Source: Geosiphon pyriformis uo1
Lineage: Eukaryota > Fungi > Glomeromycota
Length of the DNA stretch: 64,000 nucleotides
Reading direction: 5' to 3'
Assembly: GCA_016748015.1 (NCBI GenBank)
Contig: JAAOMT010000295.1
Location: 1,364,001 to 1,428,000 of the forward strand
The translations under genes and the position numbers were made by a program. Positions 38,701-53,800 of the stretch are shown here, one piece after another. Positions within the stretch are counted from its first letter, which is position 1; every line of letters starts with the position of its first letter. The notes under the pieces are model-generated. The model saw only the letters and a program-made list of their open reading frames with translations. It searched no databases and was not told where the DNA came from.

Positions 38701-41700
38701 AAAAAATAGTCAATAACAACCAAGTATTATTGTTACTCATGCATTTTTGAACACTTTGGATGACCCAAATAACAAAAAAAATAGAACAATAAGTCTTGTT
38801 TTATATGTAAAACAATTCTGCCTGATAAAAAAATATGGAACAATATTCTTGGATAAGAAAAAATATGTGATAAATCATGTTAATATACAATTTTAATCAA
38901 TAACTGGATATGAAGAGAAACTTTGATTAATGTCATCTGAAAATAAATGCTAAAACAATTAGAAGGTTATTTTCATAATGAACACAAGATCTGAAAAATA
39001 GTGAGTATTAAAGCTGAAAATGCTTCATTTAATAAAGTATTGGAAATTAAAAACAACTTACTAATACTTTCTGAACCCAAATTTGTCTTAACTTTTGACT
39101 TTGATGACAACATTATAAATGATCCCAAACAATTCTATAAGCACTACCAAAACCTAGCACTAACTTATAAAAAACAAGAGCAAAGACTAGAACAATTAAA
39201 TACAAAGCTGTGTAAACATTGCCTAATTTTCAGTTACTTTGAATATTGTAATAATTGTGATCTTATCTATAATTTACCATCACATATAATTTATTTGATC
39301 TCCAAAAAAAAACCAATTAGCAAATATGTAGCAAAATTAAAATCAAAATTTAATCTCAATTCAAACTCTAACAAGAACAACAACAATAGTTCTAACTTTA
39401 TTTACTATGACAATGACAATGATAATTTAAACTTTAATCACAATTCTGAACAATATATCACACTTCCAAATCTTTTTATGAAACAAGAATTAAAATAGTT
39501 CAGTAATAACAATAAAAATATTATGTTAGAATACATACATAATACTAATATAAAGTTTGATTTTAGGTATTTAGAAAAAACTGCTATCAGATTAAAATCA
39601 CATTTGCATATCAATATAAATCTAAAAATAGCACTGAAAATTTTAACAACAATAATAATTCAACTAGTTTTTATATTTAGTTTAGCAAAAAAAAGATTAA
39701 TATTAAAAAAGAAATAATTAATACAGAATATGTAGAAAATATTATTGCAATACTACAAAATGACTTAAAAAAAGAATATATAATTAAACCAAATAAAAAG
39801 ATAGTATAAGCAATATTTCTGTTTTTGATTAAAATAGCTTAGTTAATATTAGTAAAAACAAGAAAAGAGTTAAGAATTACAGCAAAAGAGATAAAAAGAT
39901 TTAGATCAATGGGTAAAATAAATATACCAGTTAATATGATAGAAAAAAAAACAATTAATAAAAAAAAAATTATCTCTACCTATTAATCAATTTTTATTTT
40001 ATTATATAACTAATATATATTAGTTATAAAAAAGAAAATAAAAGATTAACTTCAAATTTTTAAAGCTAAAACAAGCATTTATAGATTAGAAAAGATTGTT
40101 ATTACCAATTTCTATATACCAGCCAAGAACAATAAACATATCAAAATCTTCATATATAATATAAATAGAAACATTATAGAAGTACCAATAAAATTACCAT
40201 TGAATACTTAAGCATTAAAGTTGAGAATTAATTACCAAACACTATTCCAGATTTTTTACAACTTTGTAAATATGTAGATATTATATTACAAACAATATAT
40301 AAATAAAAAAAATGTTATTTGCTTTAATTAAAACAATTAAAACAAATAAACTTAGAAAACTTAGACTTATTTCAATAAATACAACTCAAAATACTACTTA
40401 ACAACTTCACTAATATCTTTGCCAGTAAAAACAGATTTGGCAGAACTAATATCATTTAGCATTAGATTAAGACTAGAGATATTATGCTAATCAAACAACA
40501 AGCATACTAAATATTATTAGCTAGCCATAAAATTATTCGACAGAAAATTAACAAAATGTTAAACAATGAGTTAATTCAACTATTAATAAGTTCATAGTTA
40601 TTACCAATAATACTTGTTTATAAAAAGAATGAAAAGATTTGTTTTTGTATAAATTATTAGAAACTTAACAGTATTACTTATAAAGACAGTTATTCAACTT
40701 TACAAATCCAAAAACTATTTGATGCTTTTAGAAAAAAGAAATAGTTTTCAACACTAGATTTAGACAATAATTATTGGTAAATAGTTATAAATTCAGCTGA
40801 CAAAAAAAAACAGCATTTACAACCAAAGAAGAAAACTTTGAATTTAATATTATGTCCTTTGGCTTAATTAATACTCCAGCCACTTTCCAATAGCTAATAA
40901 AAATTGTCTATACTGGATTATTATAGAAATCAGTAATAGTCTATTTAGATAATACCAATGTGTTTCCAAAACATTTAACAACTATTTTTATTATCTACAA
41001 TAAGTATTTGAAAGATTAAAAAGAGCCAAACTAAAGTTAAATACTACTAAGTATTTTTTGGGTCATGTCATAAGCAAAAATAACATCAAAACAGATTCAG
41101 ATAAGATTGAAATAGTCAAGAACTTTCCAGTACTAACCAACTTGATAGAACTAAGAGCATTTTTGAAATTTACTGAATATTATTATCACTTTATTCAAAA
41201 CTTCTCCAAATTGGCTTAATTACTTCACCAGTTCCAAACAAAAAATGTCCAATATAAATGGACAAAAACCCAACAAGAAGCTTTTAATATCTTAAAAAAA
41301 AAGTTCATTCAAGCTTCAATATTAATCTATTCAAATTATTACAAACTATTTATTATTACTACAGATATATTTAATTAAGTATTAAGAGCCATATTATCTT
41401 AAAAAAAATTAGATAAATGAGAACATCCAGTAGCATATACTAACAAAAGTTTAAGTTCAACTAAAAAAAACTATAGAACTTTAGCATTAGAATACTTAAC
41501 TATCTATTAGGCTATCATTAAATAGAAAAAATATTTAAGTCGAAAATTTGATGTATATATTGATTACAAAAGATTGACATTAATTCAGAAGCAAAAATTT
41601 GGAAATGATCACCATACAAAATAGAAAATAGAATTATTACTGTTTAATTATACAGTATATTATAAAAAAAAAAAACAGAAATACTAACAGATTGTTATAA

Positions 41701-43115
41701 ATAAAACAAATTTAAGAATATTTCAACCCAAAAATATAACAAAAAATAAACACACAAAAATATCAACAACTCCAATATTATATTAATACTTAACAATTTA
41801 AGAAGAAATTATTTCAAAAGAAACAAAACAACATAAAACAACAAGCAAAATATTTTATTACTTATTAAGATATATTATATTAAAAAAACAGAAAATACTT
41901 AAATTAGCTATTCAGAGTAATTACAGAACCAAAAAAAAACAATATTATTTAATATGTATTCAGATCCAACAGCAGAATACTTTTATAAAAAAGCAATCAT
42001 AAAAAAAACCAAGAAAAGATATTATTAGCCATCTATATATTTCAATATTATTTAATATGTTCAAAATTGTAATGCTTGTCAAAAAAAGGAGAAACAAGAC
42101 TCAGTAAACTGTTAAGACCAATTAAAGTAAGACAACTATTTGATTAAATTAGAATTAACTTAGTTAGATCATTAACAATAACCAGTAAAAGCAATTATTA
42201 TATAGCTATAGCTATGAACTATCTTATAAAATAGCCAGAAGTAAAAGCAATTCCAAAAGCAGATGCAGAATTTATAGCTAAATTTGTTCATTAAAATTTG
42301 ATTTGTTAATATAAATGCTCAAAAGAATTATTATCAGTTTAAGAAACTCACTTTGTAAACAGAATACTAATAGAATTGAGTCAAAAATTTAGAATTAAAC
42401 GATTATTATTATCATTATATTATTTACAAACAAATGGCTTAGTCAAAAAATTCAACAAAACATTGTACAAAGTGATAGCCAAGATTAATCAAGAAAACCA
42501 GGACAAATAGAATTTGTTTATATCATCAGTACTATTTGTTTATTGGACAATAAAGCAAGATACCACATAAGCAACATCATTTAAACTTGTTTATAATAGA
42601 ACAACAATATTACTAGTTAAGATAGATATTAATACATATCTAATAAAACTAATAACAAAAGCCAACTTTCAAAAAACATTGCTAAAAAGAACATATGACT
42701 TAATAAAAACATTAAAAAACAAAAAATAAAGAGCAGTTAATAACATTCAAAAGTCACAAAAAATAAAAAAAATGACATGATAACCAACTACCAAATAAAC
42801 CAGTTGAATTTACGATTGGAGACAAAATACTCTTGTATTATACTAAAACAGAAAAACAATGAAGTAAAAAATTTGACTCCAAATGGAACAAACTATTTCA
42901 CATTAAAGAAATTCTAAGAAATAAAGCTTATAAACTAAAATAGAACAACAAAATCTTAGCCAAAGCAGCACATAAAAATTGACTGAAACCATATCACAAT
43001 ATAGCATTATTATTTATCAGTAATATTTTACAACTGGAAGTATAATGAATACTAATTTAACCAGATAAGATTTTATGAGATTTAAAACCAATTATAATTA
43101 TCAACACAAATATGT
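35765..43115 (+). pseudogene. gag-pol remnant of D (gag, PR ~38060, Cys-rich ~38640-39270, dUTPase ~39490-39915, RT YLDN 40942-40953, RH, IN)
   Basis: Colinear with C. CNYCNKQNYLKIDC knuckle ~37400; LIFDSG; KFDFRY; AMNYLIK*PEV. Confidence 0.92.
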
Positions 43116-43157
43116 TAAATTAATATAGTAGAAAAATATATAAAAGAACCAATACAT

Positions 43158-43812
43158 ATGACAAAAACAAACAGAAAAATAGAAATTACTAACAATATCT
43201 ACTTACTTACACAACAACTATTTTGGTTGATTCAATACTAACAATTAAACATGAAAATTACAATTAATCAACAAACTATTCAATACAAAGATAGAGAAAA
43301 GAAGCCAAAACACCAATACAAAGTACACAAAAATTCAAAAAACATAATAGATAATATACTAGCAAAAGTAAAATTATTAGTAGAAACATTCAAAACAACC
43401 ATATAAAAAATTAACAGAAAAAAACTGAAAATAGTAAACACAACAATTTCCAAAAAACTTTTGCTATTACCACTTAGAACAAAAACTCAATATTTAGAAC
43501 TTGTATATTGACAAAACAAAGCAATTGTTTAACATGACAATATTGCACTAACTCAAACAATTTGTGGAAAAAAACAATCTATTCATACAAACATAAGCCA
43601 TATACTAGTTACAAACAGGATTTCAAGACCAATCAGAAATACTACTTTATCTAATAATAAATACAGTAATTAATAACCAATTAAAAAGAATTACTAATAT
43701 TTAATTCAAAAAATTACAAATCAAAATTTCTTAAGTAATTCTTGAAAAAAAAATCAAAAAGTTAATTAAAAAAAAAGAGTTAAAAAATTTAGAAAATTTT
43801 GACAAAGCTTAA
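43158..43812 (+). pseudogene. ORF3 of Gypsy D
   Basis: MTKTNRKIEITNNIYLLTQQLFWLIQY*QLNMKITINQQTIQY...NFDKA*. Homologous to C ORF3. Confidence 0.75.
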
Positions 43813-43831
43813 TATTAAAAGAAGAGAATAA

Positions 43832-44747
43832 TTTTACTTATAAAAATTTAGAAATTCTTAATAAAAATATAAAATAGCCAATTAAAAATAGGTATAGTAA
43901 GAAAAAAATTTTAAAATTTCTCTCAAAAAATCACAAAATTCTAAAAATTTTAAGATTTTTTTTAAGAAATTGCAGAATTTCAGAAATTTCAGAATTCTTT
44001 TTGAAGAATTACAAAAATTTAAGAATATCAGAATTTTTGATTAGAAGAATTAAAAGAGTTCAAAAAATTTTATATAACAGTAATTATATATATATAGCAA
44101 GAGTATTAAAAGCAGAAAAAACAGAGTTTAGTTCAGAATTAATACCTACAATCTATTAGTTATTTCTTATTCTTCCCTTTAAATATAGTTTCTACAACTT
44201 TAAGTAGAATCAAATTACATATTAATAAAATATTTATTATTATTTAAATCATGTTATCATTACTTAAATAAAGAAATATTACTTATTTTCATTCTATTAA
44301 TATTCTATGTTGATAGAATTCAATATTTAATCACACTAGACCAATAGCTTTTGATCATGATTATTGATAAAATACTAATTTCTTAATTTTTTTTATTTTT
44401 TTTTTATTTTTTTTTTGTCTTGTTGTTTACTAACTGATTAAAGAATTAACATATAGAATTATTAACATCAAAAAAGATTGGTAAAAAACCAAAAAATAAG
44501 AGTAGATACTTAGAAATTAAGAATAGTTTATTAAAAAAAACCAGCCACTATATTAAGAAAGAAATTTACAGAATAAGCTTTTGGAAAAGTACTAAAATAG
44601 CAATTGAATTTTTGTTTATTATATAAAAAACTCAACCAAAATCTTCAGATTACTAAAACTTTCAGATATTACCAATATAATTAGCTATTAAGCACCAATT
44701 TATGAGTTTGTTATTTGTACTAATACCTCAAATAATTATCTATAACA
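43832..44747 (+). repeat. 3' LTR of D
   Basis: Direct repeat of 34836-35741 with the 5' TG mutated to TT. Confidence 0.93.
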
Positions 44748-47700
44748 CTATAAATATACTAAAGAAAATAATTATTATGGTTTTTTTTAAGTTTAATTAA
44801 GTAGTATTAATCTAATTATACCTTATTAAACTGTAACAAAAAGCTATAGTAAAATTCACTAAATTGAGTTAAGTTAATTGTTTGGTATCTAAATGGTTAT
44901 TTTTAATTGAAAAAAATTCAGTACATATAACCAAAACTATAAAAAATTATAATGTATAGATGTTAAAAAATTATTTTAAAGCACTTTTGTTTATACTTTC
45001 TGTAAAACAATTGCTTATAATTTTAGCACTCTGTTGAAAAAAGCTGGTGGGAAAATTTGTGTTATTAATTGATTATTTAAGACTAGCAATAAAATTTATT
45101 ATGCTGTAATAAGCTTTAAATCAGAAATTAATTTAGAGTTAGTCTTTTATACAAAGCTGATTTTAAATAATATTAAGCTTTTTTAGACTGGTTTGGTTTA
45201 ATGTAAAAAGTGTGAACAGTTTAAACATTCTACTTTAAAGTGTAATATATTAAATACATTTATCTCTAAATCTTTAAAAGTATATAAAAAATTTGTTTTA
45301 AATAAAAGTTGTCTTCAATTAACTAAATTATACATTAAAAAAAGTGGTTTTATCTTATATTCTGCTGTTTTTAGTAGAAAATTTTGGGCCCAAATAGTTT
45401 CAATTACTGTTGTTTTTAATAATAACTGCTCTGGTTTTGGTTCTAAGTTATTTTTTTCTAATGTTCTATATTTTGTTGAAGTTTTTTCTATTTTGCAAAA
45501 TGGTTCATCTATTAATGCTTACTTGGTTTTTCTAAAAAATTCCTAATAGATAAAGTATTTAATATTGAATATAAACTAAGTAATATAAATATGATGTTTT
45601 TAGTATCTGTTTTTCTATTTGCTCTATTTTTTGTTTTTGAATTGTTAAATTTGAATTCAGATTTAAATATGGTTTTAAATAAATTATATTTATCATTTTT
45701 TTTTTCTTTTATTAATAATAACTAGAATTTTTGAGTTGAGTTTAAGTGGTTTCAAAATTTTAATCACCAAAGTAACCAGTTTAAAATTGAAAATAATGAC
45801 TCTCAAGATTTCTGTTGGTTTAGTTTTGGTAAGATTAAATTAGTTGTGTTTTGGCTCAAGTTTTTTGGTGCTTTTTTTATTTTAATAACTGATTAAATTT
45901 GAAAGTTTTTTATATACAATATTAAAAAGATGAAAAATTTTGTTAAGCAAAAGGATATTATTTGTTAACACAGAGATAAAAGCAATTCTGTATTTATTAT
46001 AACAAAAACAAAACCAAAATATATGGTTTGTTCTTAAATTATGAGCAATTTTGAGAGAATTAAAATTTTTACTTCAGATATTAACTTTAATTATTTGGGA
46101 TCTAGTATTGCTGTGATAATTAACAATAATATTATTAAATATATATACAAAGTATTAAAGATAACTGGTCAACTTTTGTTAATATGTTTACTGTTCAAAA
46201 ATTGTCTTTCAGTCTTTATTTTAGGTTTATATGCTGATATTACTTTGAAAAAAAAGATTGGTTCAGTTTTGTAATATTAATTCAATAATAGTTAAAGCTT
46301 TAAATAGCAGTATATATATAGTTTTTAATAATAACTTCAATAAAAATAATTCAAATTACAGTGTAAGTTTCAGAAAATTTTTAGATATAAGTTTGTTTCA
46401 CTTTTTTAATAGTTTTTTATTTTACAAGCTCTTTATTTAGTCCAATTTTAGAGAGATTAAAAAATACATAAACTTTGTTTTAATTAGTAGTGGTCTTTAA
46501 AGTTTATTTTTTAATTAACAAATATACTATCTAAATAAATTTTTTGATATTAATTATTTTGTCATATTAATAAATATTAGTTTAAATAGACTTTTTAGTT
46601 TTCAGCTTAATTTAGTGTATAAAAAAGTCATTAAAAATAGATGGAAGTTTAAGATTAATAATATTAATAAAAGAGTTTAGAAAAAGTTTAGAAGTTTATT
46701 ATTGATTGCTGTTTTAACTGCTGTTAATAACTTTAATAATTACAAGAAAAAAGCTAATCTTAATAGAATGTAATAGCTGTTTTGTTGAGTAGTGTGTTTT
46801 GTAGCTGATATTGTTTTTTAAAAACATAATATTAAGGTAATAGAGTAATTAAAAGTGTTGTATTTTCTAAGTTTTACAAATTAAAATTGCTGGTATTAAG
46901 AATATTAAAGACATATCAGTTTGAAGATTTAAAAACTTTAAGCTTTAGTTTACAAGTAGATTTATCTAAATTCTAACCAAGCAGTAGAATTCAAAAAAAT
47001 TTTTAATAATAGTTATGGCAAAATCTTAATTAAATAATTATTGACTTATTTTAAGAAAATTTATAAGTTTTATAAGATATTAAAATTTAAAACTGTTAAA
47101 AATTTTTATATTAAAATTGTCATTATCAAACACATGAAAGTTTTTGTTAACAATAAGAGTCAAATAATAAAAAGTGTGTTGGAAAAATCTTTTAAGAAAA
47201 TTATATTAGATTATTTAATTAATAAAATAAATTAATTTTGGAGTTCAATTTGATCAAGTGTAGAATTGATTCAATTATAAAAAATTAAACCAGAAAATAT
47301 GTAGTTAAAACCACTATTTTTTTTATTAACAGAAACAATTTGCTTTTTTTAATTATATTAAGAATAGAACATTTTTTAATATAATATTATAAATTAATTT
47401 TGATGAGTTTTTGTTAGTAGTTAAAAAATTTTTTAATAATAAAACTGCTGAATTGTTTAGTATTTTTAATAAGATTTGAAAACATTATAATAAGTTTGTT
47501 TTGAATTGTTTTTTGAGTTTACTTAACTCATATTTAATAGTTGAATTAATTTTTAATATCTAAAAAGAAGTCTGAATATTTATGATCCTAAAACTCTATA
47601 AATAAGAAGATGTTTAAATAAATATTAGATTTATTGTTTTTATTAAAACTATAAGAAAAGTTTTTTTAAAAATTTTATCTAATTGTATTTTTAAAATCTG

Positions 47701-50159
47701 CAACAAATAGAAAATTTTATGTAAAAATAATTTTCAGTTTTAAAGAGCATTTTAACTTAGATTTTTATTTTTATTATAAAATCTGTTGTTAAAAATACTT
47801 TGAAAAAGAGTAGAAATATTTGGTTGGTGCTTTAAAACATGTACAAAGCTTATAATTTAATAAATTAATCACATCTAGAAAACAGTTTAAAATAAGTTAA
47901 AATATGTAACAAATTTATTAGGTTTTTTGGCCATATAAACAGAGTTATAACAAACTTTGGTTTGTTTAAAAATTATAAAATTTATGATAAATTAAATTAA
48001 GATAAAATTTTTTTATCTCTTCTTTGAAGGATTTTTTATGATTTTTTTTTGTGTAAAATAAAAAGACAAAAAGACAAAAATTTTTGTTTGAATATTATGT
48101 AGATTTCAGATTTGTTATTAGAACTGACAGAATTAAATTTAATACTAGTCTGATTTTTTATTTAACAGTTAGTGTTTTTGTAAATAATACAATTTAAATT
48201 AATAACTGTTTTATAGTATTGCAAAATATTTTGAATATTGTTAGTAAATTCTTTAATGTTATAAATATTTTAATAAATACAGACAAAATAGTGGCTATTT
48301 TAATCAACTCAAAAACCAGTAATATTTCTTTAAGTATAAATAAATTTCTTATTTTAATTGTAAAAACTAACAAAGCTCATAAATATTTAGGTATTTTCTT
48401 GTTAACTTTAAGTTTTTTTGGTCTAAGTTTAAAAAAAGCAAATTTAAATATAAAGTTTTTTTCATTCATGGTTTTATGTAAAACTATTTGAACAAACAAT
48501 TTTCTTATTTGGTTTTGGCTATTTTACAGCCTATTTTTGAATACAAAACTTAGTTCAGTTTTGTTAATAGAAGTGTGTATAAAAAATAAAATTATCTAAT
48601 TAGAAAAAAGTTAAAATTTAAGGCCAATTTGCCCAAAAACTTTTTTAATAAAACTGTATATCATTTATTTTTATATAATTTAAAGTCTTTTAATCAAGTT
48701 CAGATAAAAAAAAGATGATATTAATAATGAATTTTGTTAATGTTAAAGGTATTTTTGATTGGTTTTTTAAACAAAAATTTTTAAACTTATAGGTTTTAAA
48801 TTGAGTTTTTTAGAACTTTTTTCAATTTTTTGTTAAGTTAAAAATTAATCTTATGAACAATTTTCTGGTTGAGATTACTAAAAATTTTTCGCACAATAAT
48901 ATATTCTTAATCAATAGTTTGTTTAATGCTTTTGATTTCAAGTATAGTATTTTTGTTTTAGATATTTTGAATCAAATAGAATACTTTTAGATTTATAGAT
49001 CTTTAAAACATTTTGGCATTATTTTTACAGACCAATTTTTGAATAGTCATGAAAAATGCTTTGCTTAAAAAAAATTTAATAGTAAAAACAATTAGATTTC
49101 AAAAATCCAGTTTTTTCTTGGTTTATACAGATTTCAAGTTTTATTAAGAATAATAGTTTGGTTTAAAATCTTTTATCTGTTTTTAGATACTTTTTTAAAA
49201 TAAGTATAGTTAATATGTGCAGCTTTGGTGTTGTTTGTTTTAGTTTGAGAGATACATTTTTGTCTGAAATCTTAATTTACATTAATAATTCTGTTAAAAA
49301 CTTTGGCTTTTTTAATGTTATTGATAATATAACTGTTTACTTTTCTGATTTAGATTTGTATACAAATATAAATATTTATAGATTATTGTTTTTAATCTTA
49401 GCTAAAATGCAGACTATTGCTCTTGCTTTTGAATACATTTTAGTTTTTCCAAAATTACAATCTTTTTTAATAATTAAGTTTCTTTGAATATATGTTAAGC
49501 TAAGTTAAAATTGGTAACACTTAATTTTTGCAACCAATATTAAGTTAAGCATTATTATATTAGTAATTTGGTCAAAAATAAAAGCATTTTTGTAAATTAA
49601 GCCAAGATAAAAAATTATTCTGATGTATTAAACAATAAATATGCTAATAAGTTGGCAAATTGGGCTACTTTTTTAGGGCTTATTTTTCCAATAAATATTA
49701 AAAAAAAAATTTTATTGGCTCATAGCAAAATAGTATTTGGCAATATTTATCATTTTATTAAAGCTGTAGATAATATTATAAAATGTTTTTAATAAAAAGT
49801 TAAACCAGGTTTCAGTATTGTAGATTTTTTATGTGTTGATAATATTAACTAGAAGCATACTGCTTCAGTTTAATATTTTGATTCTTATATGATTGCTGAA
49901 TATATAAACAAAGCTATTGTTGACTTGTATATATATTTAATAAAAACTTTTACAAAAAGTTGTTAGTAATGGTTATAAAACATTTATATAATTGCAGCTA
50001 TCTAAATATATTGTGTATATTGTAATAAAGTAAAGTTTTTGGATTATAATTTTGTTTACAGCTCAAATTTTTTTGTTTATTAAGATCTGTTGAATGAATA
50101 TTCTGTTCTTTAAAAGTTTTTAACTAATGCAAATTTGGTTTTATTTATAATGTTATAAT

Positions 50160-50882
50160 TGAAATTTATAGTTTTTATTAGTAATATGTATTAGTTACTA
50201 ATATTACATAATTAATCACCTTATTTTTATATAATAATCAATAACTTAATTATTAATCTAATTATTAATCTGATCAATAATTTGATTGTTAACTTGACTA
50301 TTGATCTAATTATTAATTTGATCAATAACTTGATTATTAATTATTTTTAATAGCTATATAAGTAATAAATCGTTTAGCTATAAAAGAATATAATCAAAGT
50401 AACAAAATAAAACTCACTATTAATTATTTCTTCTTATATTGCTTATTTTATTTTTTTTTACTTTTAAGTATCTGAACATTTTGAAATAAAAAATTATTTG
50501 TTGGCTTTTACATATTTTATTTTTTTTTCTTGATTTGTATTGTTAAAAATTAGCCTAAAAAGTAATTGTTTATTGTTGTAATTTATTAAATAAAAAAATA
50601 ATTGAAAAATACAATAATATCTCTTATTGATTCTAAAAATTGCCAAGTTAAGGCATAAAATAATAGTAATGATATTATTTTGTTAACAATTATGGATTAT
50701 TTTTTTATTTTTAGATTCCCAAAAAGATTTGCAACTGTGATTTTTATGAGACTAATCATATATATTGAATTTTTATTTATTTAATTCACTTTTTTATTGT
50801 AAATTTTTTTTTGATTAATTTTATTATCTTATAATTTTGTTTTTCTTTGCTATTTGTTAGCTTGTTACTTTAATCTATAACA
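50160..50882 (+). repeat. 5' LTR of E, with 12-bp tandem array ~50235-50345
   Basis: tgaaatt...tataaca. Array units like ctgatcaataac / ttgattattaac. Confidence 0.92.
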
Positions 50883-53800
50883 TAAAAATAGTGCTCTCTA
50901 TAAAGTTGTTAAAATCTACTTGTTTTTTATTTAACTTAATTTCTGTTTTTTTGCTTAATTAGTTTTTTTGTTAAAAAACAATCTAATAAACAATTCTAAA
51001 ATTTTTGGAACTGGTTTCTAAATAAGCATTTAGCTAAAACTTATACAGCCTATATAATCTATTTTTTTGATCAAACTTACTTTGAAAAAACCTTTGAAAA
51101 AAGAAACAACTATATCAATTAACTTTTATATTTAATAATTTTTAACCAACAGTCTCTTAATTTCGAATATCTAAATTATCAAATTTATATCTAAATTGCT
51201 GTTTATTAGTTAATTGGAACTTTTTTTAAAACAAAAAAAGAAAGTTACCAAACTGCTTTTGTTTTTAATCTCTTTTTAAATAAATCAAATTATTTTATAT
51301 AAATAGCTACCTCTGAACTAATGGCTGTTAACTCTATATAAGCAAATATTCTGACTATTTTCTAAAATATATAAACTGTTTTAAAACAAAAAAACAACAC
51401 TCCAATATTATTATTTAAAAATAATGTTTAAGAATTAATTAAATAGTTAGATAACTTTAAAAAAGCTACTGTTAATTAATATAATATAGAGTATAAGTTC
51501 CAAATCATTGGTGGCTATTTTTAAAGCTTTTTTGTTACTTGGTTCTTATAAGAAATTAATATTGGTGCTTATTAAAAAATTATTAGATAGACACTAATAA
51601 ATATTAAAGAAGAAAATACCTCTTTTACTATCTAATTTGAAAACAAATTCAAAACTTCTATTTTAATCTTTAAATAGTATATAGAATTAAAAAAAAATTC
51701 AAGGCTCTAATAAAATTGTAACTAAATATGTCAAAGCAATCAAAAAGCTTATTAAATAAGTAAATTTTAAAAAAAACTAGACAAAAAAACAAAAGATTCA
51801 CTTCTTTACAAAAAGATTAAAAACTAATCTATTATATGCTCTTTGGTTTTTTTTAGCTTTAAAAAATAATTTTATTATAGATATAGCTATTGAACTTGTT
51901 TAAAAAATTAAAGATAACCAAAAAATGCATTTAGAATTTATCCTTTCAATTTTTGTTTTTGCTTCTTTTATAGCTTTTGCTTCTTAAATAGCTGCTATTT
52001 TTTTTGTTGTTAAAACTCAAAATTTTAATAAACAATTAATAAATAGACTTATAGCCAATCTTGTTTGGTTATTAGAGCTCTTAACACAAGCAATTAAAGA
52101 AAATCAACAATCTTAAAAACCTAGATTTGAATTTTATTTTAATTAGTCTTAGCAATTTTTTTATTAAAAACAACAAAATTGTGACTTACTTATGTACTAT
52201 TATTATGGATTAACTAAATATTTTTTCAGAGATTACAACAATTTTTTTTTACCTCTTCCAGTTTCTAAAAACAATAATAACCAAAATAATAAATTTATTA
52301 ACAATAATGCTCTTAATCAAAAATTTAATCATGTCAACATCAATTTTTTTGAAGAGAATTTTTTAATTAAAGTTACTATTTATTAACTTTTAAACTAATA
52401 AGCATATTTTTAAAAAGTAAGATATAAGCCAACTAAAAGAAAATTTTTTTACACTTTTAATCTAACTAATAATAACTATGATATGGATAAACTGGCTATC
52501 AATTTCTCTAAATTCACAAAAAAAAAAGCCAAAATTGATTTTGTCTTAGATTCTAACAAAATCTCAACTTCTATTGTTGATAACAATAAGTTATCAAAGA
52601 TTAAAGTTTTTAAAAATCCTTCAAGTTAAAATTCTTAAAAATAGTACAAAAATTTGGCTTTTATTTTATTGTTAAAAATTTTATGAAAACTTAGCTTATA
52701 TTATTTTTGACCAGTTAATAACTTATTTACAGTTTAGAAAAAATCTTTACAAATCATTAATTCCAAAAAAAAGACACCAAAAACCAATAAGTATTTTTAC
52801 TAAGCTAAATTTATTAACAACAATAATATTACTTCTTTAATTTGCAAAACCCAAATGGCTGGTTATTTTATTGACTTAATCTTAGACAATAAATTATCTG
52901 TAAATATTATTACTAAACACTTTTTGAAAGTTATTAGTAGAAAGTTTGATGAATCTTTTATTAGACTTATGACTAATATATATAATGACAAAAAAAAAAA
53001 CTTGGTATTACAAAAGCTGTTTCTGTTTACATCAATAAAATTAGCATTAAAATTAACATAGAAGTTTCTAAAGTTAATGAATATACTATTATTGTTAACA
53101 ATAAGTAGCTTAAGAAAACAAAAGTTTTACTAAATTATAAACTTTATAAGCTAATTATTAAATATAATAAAAAATTCATTGTAGTTAAGTGTCACTATTA
53201 AACAATTTTTCTAGTATTTAAGCAAAGTTTAAAAAAAAAACAATCAGATAAATTAAATAATAAAAAAATTAATAAAAAAAAAACTGCAGAATTTACTTAT
53301 ATTATCTTTATTAGTAATTACAAATTACTAAATAATATTAAAGCTAACAAAAAAAAAATTATTGTAAATAGCAAGTTAATTTATTGGCTCTATTATAATA
53401 TTCTTAAAAAAAATTTTAATAGAAAGCCTGACAAAAAAGCCAAATACAGTTATTGATAACATGATTCTTATGTTTGGTATTAGTGTAATAAACCATTGTA
53501 TTTTTCTAATAATAAATGTAAATTCTGCTTAATTTATTACAAAAATTGGGAATTAATTAGCTTAATACTAAGAAAAAATAATAAGAAAAGTATAAAAATC
53601 TTTTAAAAATAAACTATCAAAAATCTAATTAATAATAGTAAAACAAAAAAAACTCTTCTTAAAAAAAAATTGACATTAAAAATCTACTGGTTAGAAATAG
53701 TCCAGTTATTTCAAAAGAAAATGATACTTCTGAACATACTCATGTAATACAACATACTATTATTACCAGAAAAACTTGTTCTATCTATTTGAAGTTTTAT

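Larger units (their letters stand above)
34836..44747 (+). mobile_element. Full-length Ty3/Gypsy element D (C family, dUTPase-bearing), decayed
   Basis: LTRs 34836-35741 and 43832-44747. 4-bp TSD ctat (34832-34835 / 44748-44751). Mutated PBS 35744-35760; PPT 43817-43831. Confidence 0.95.
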
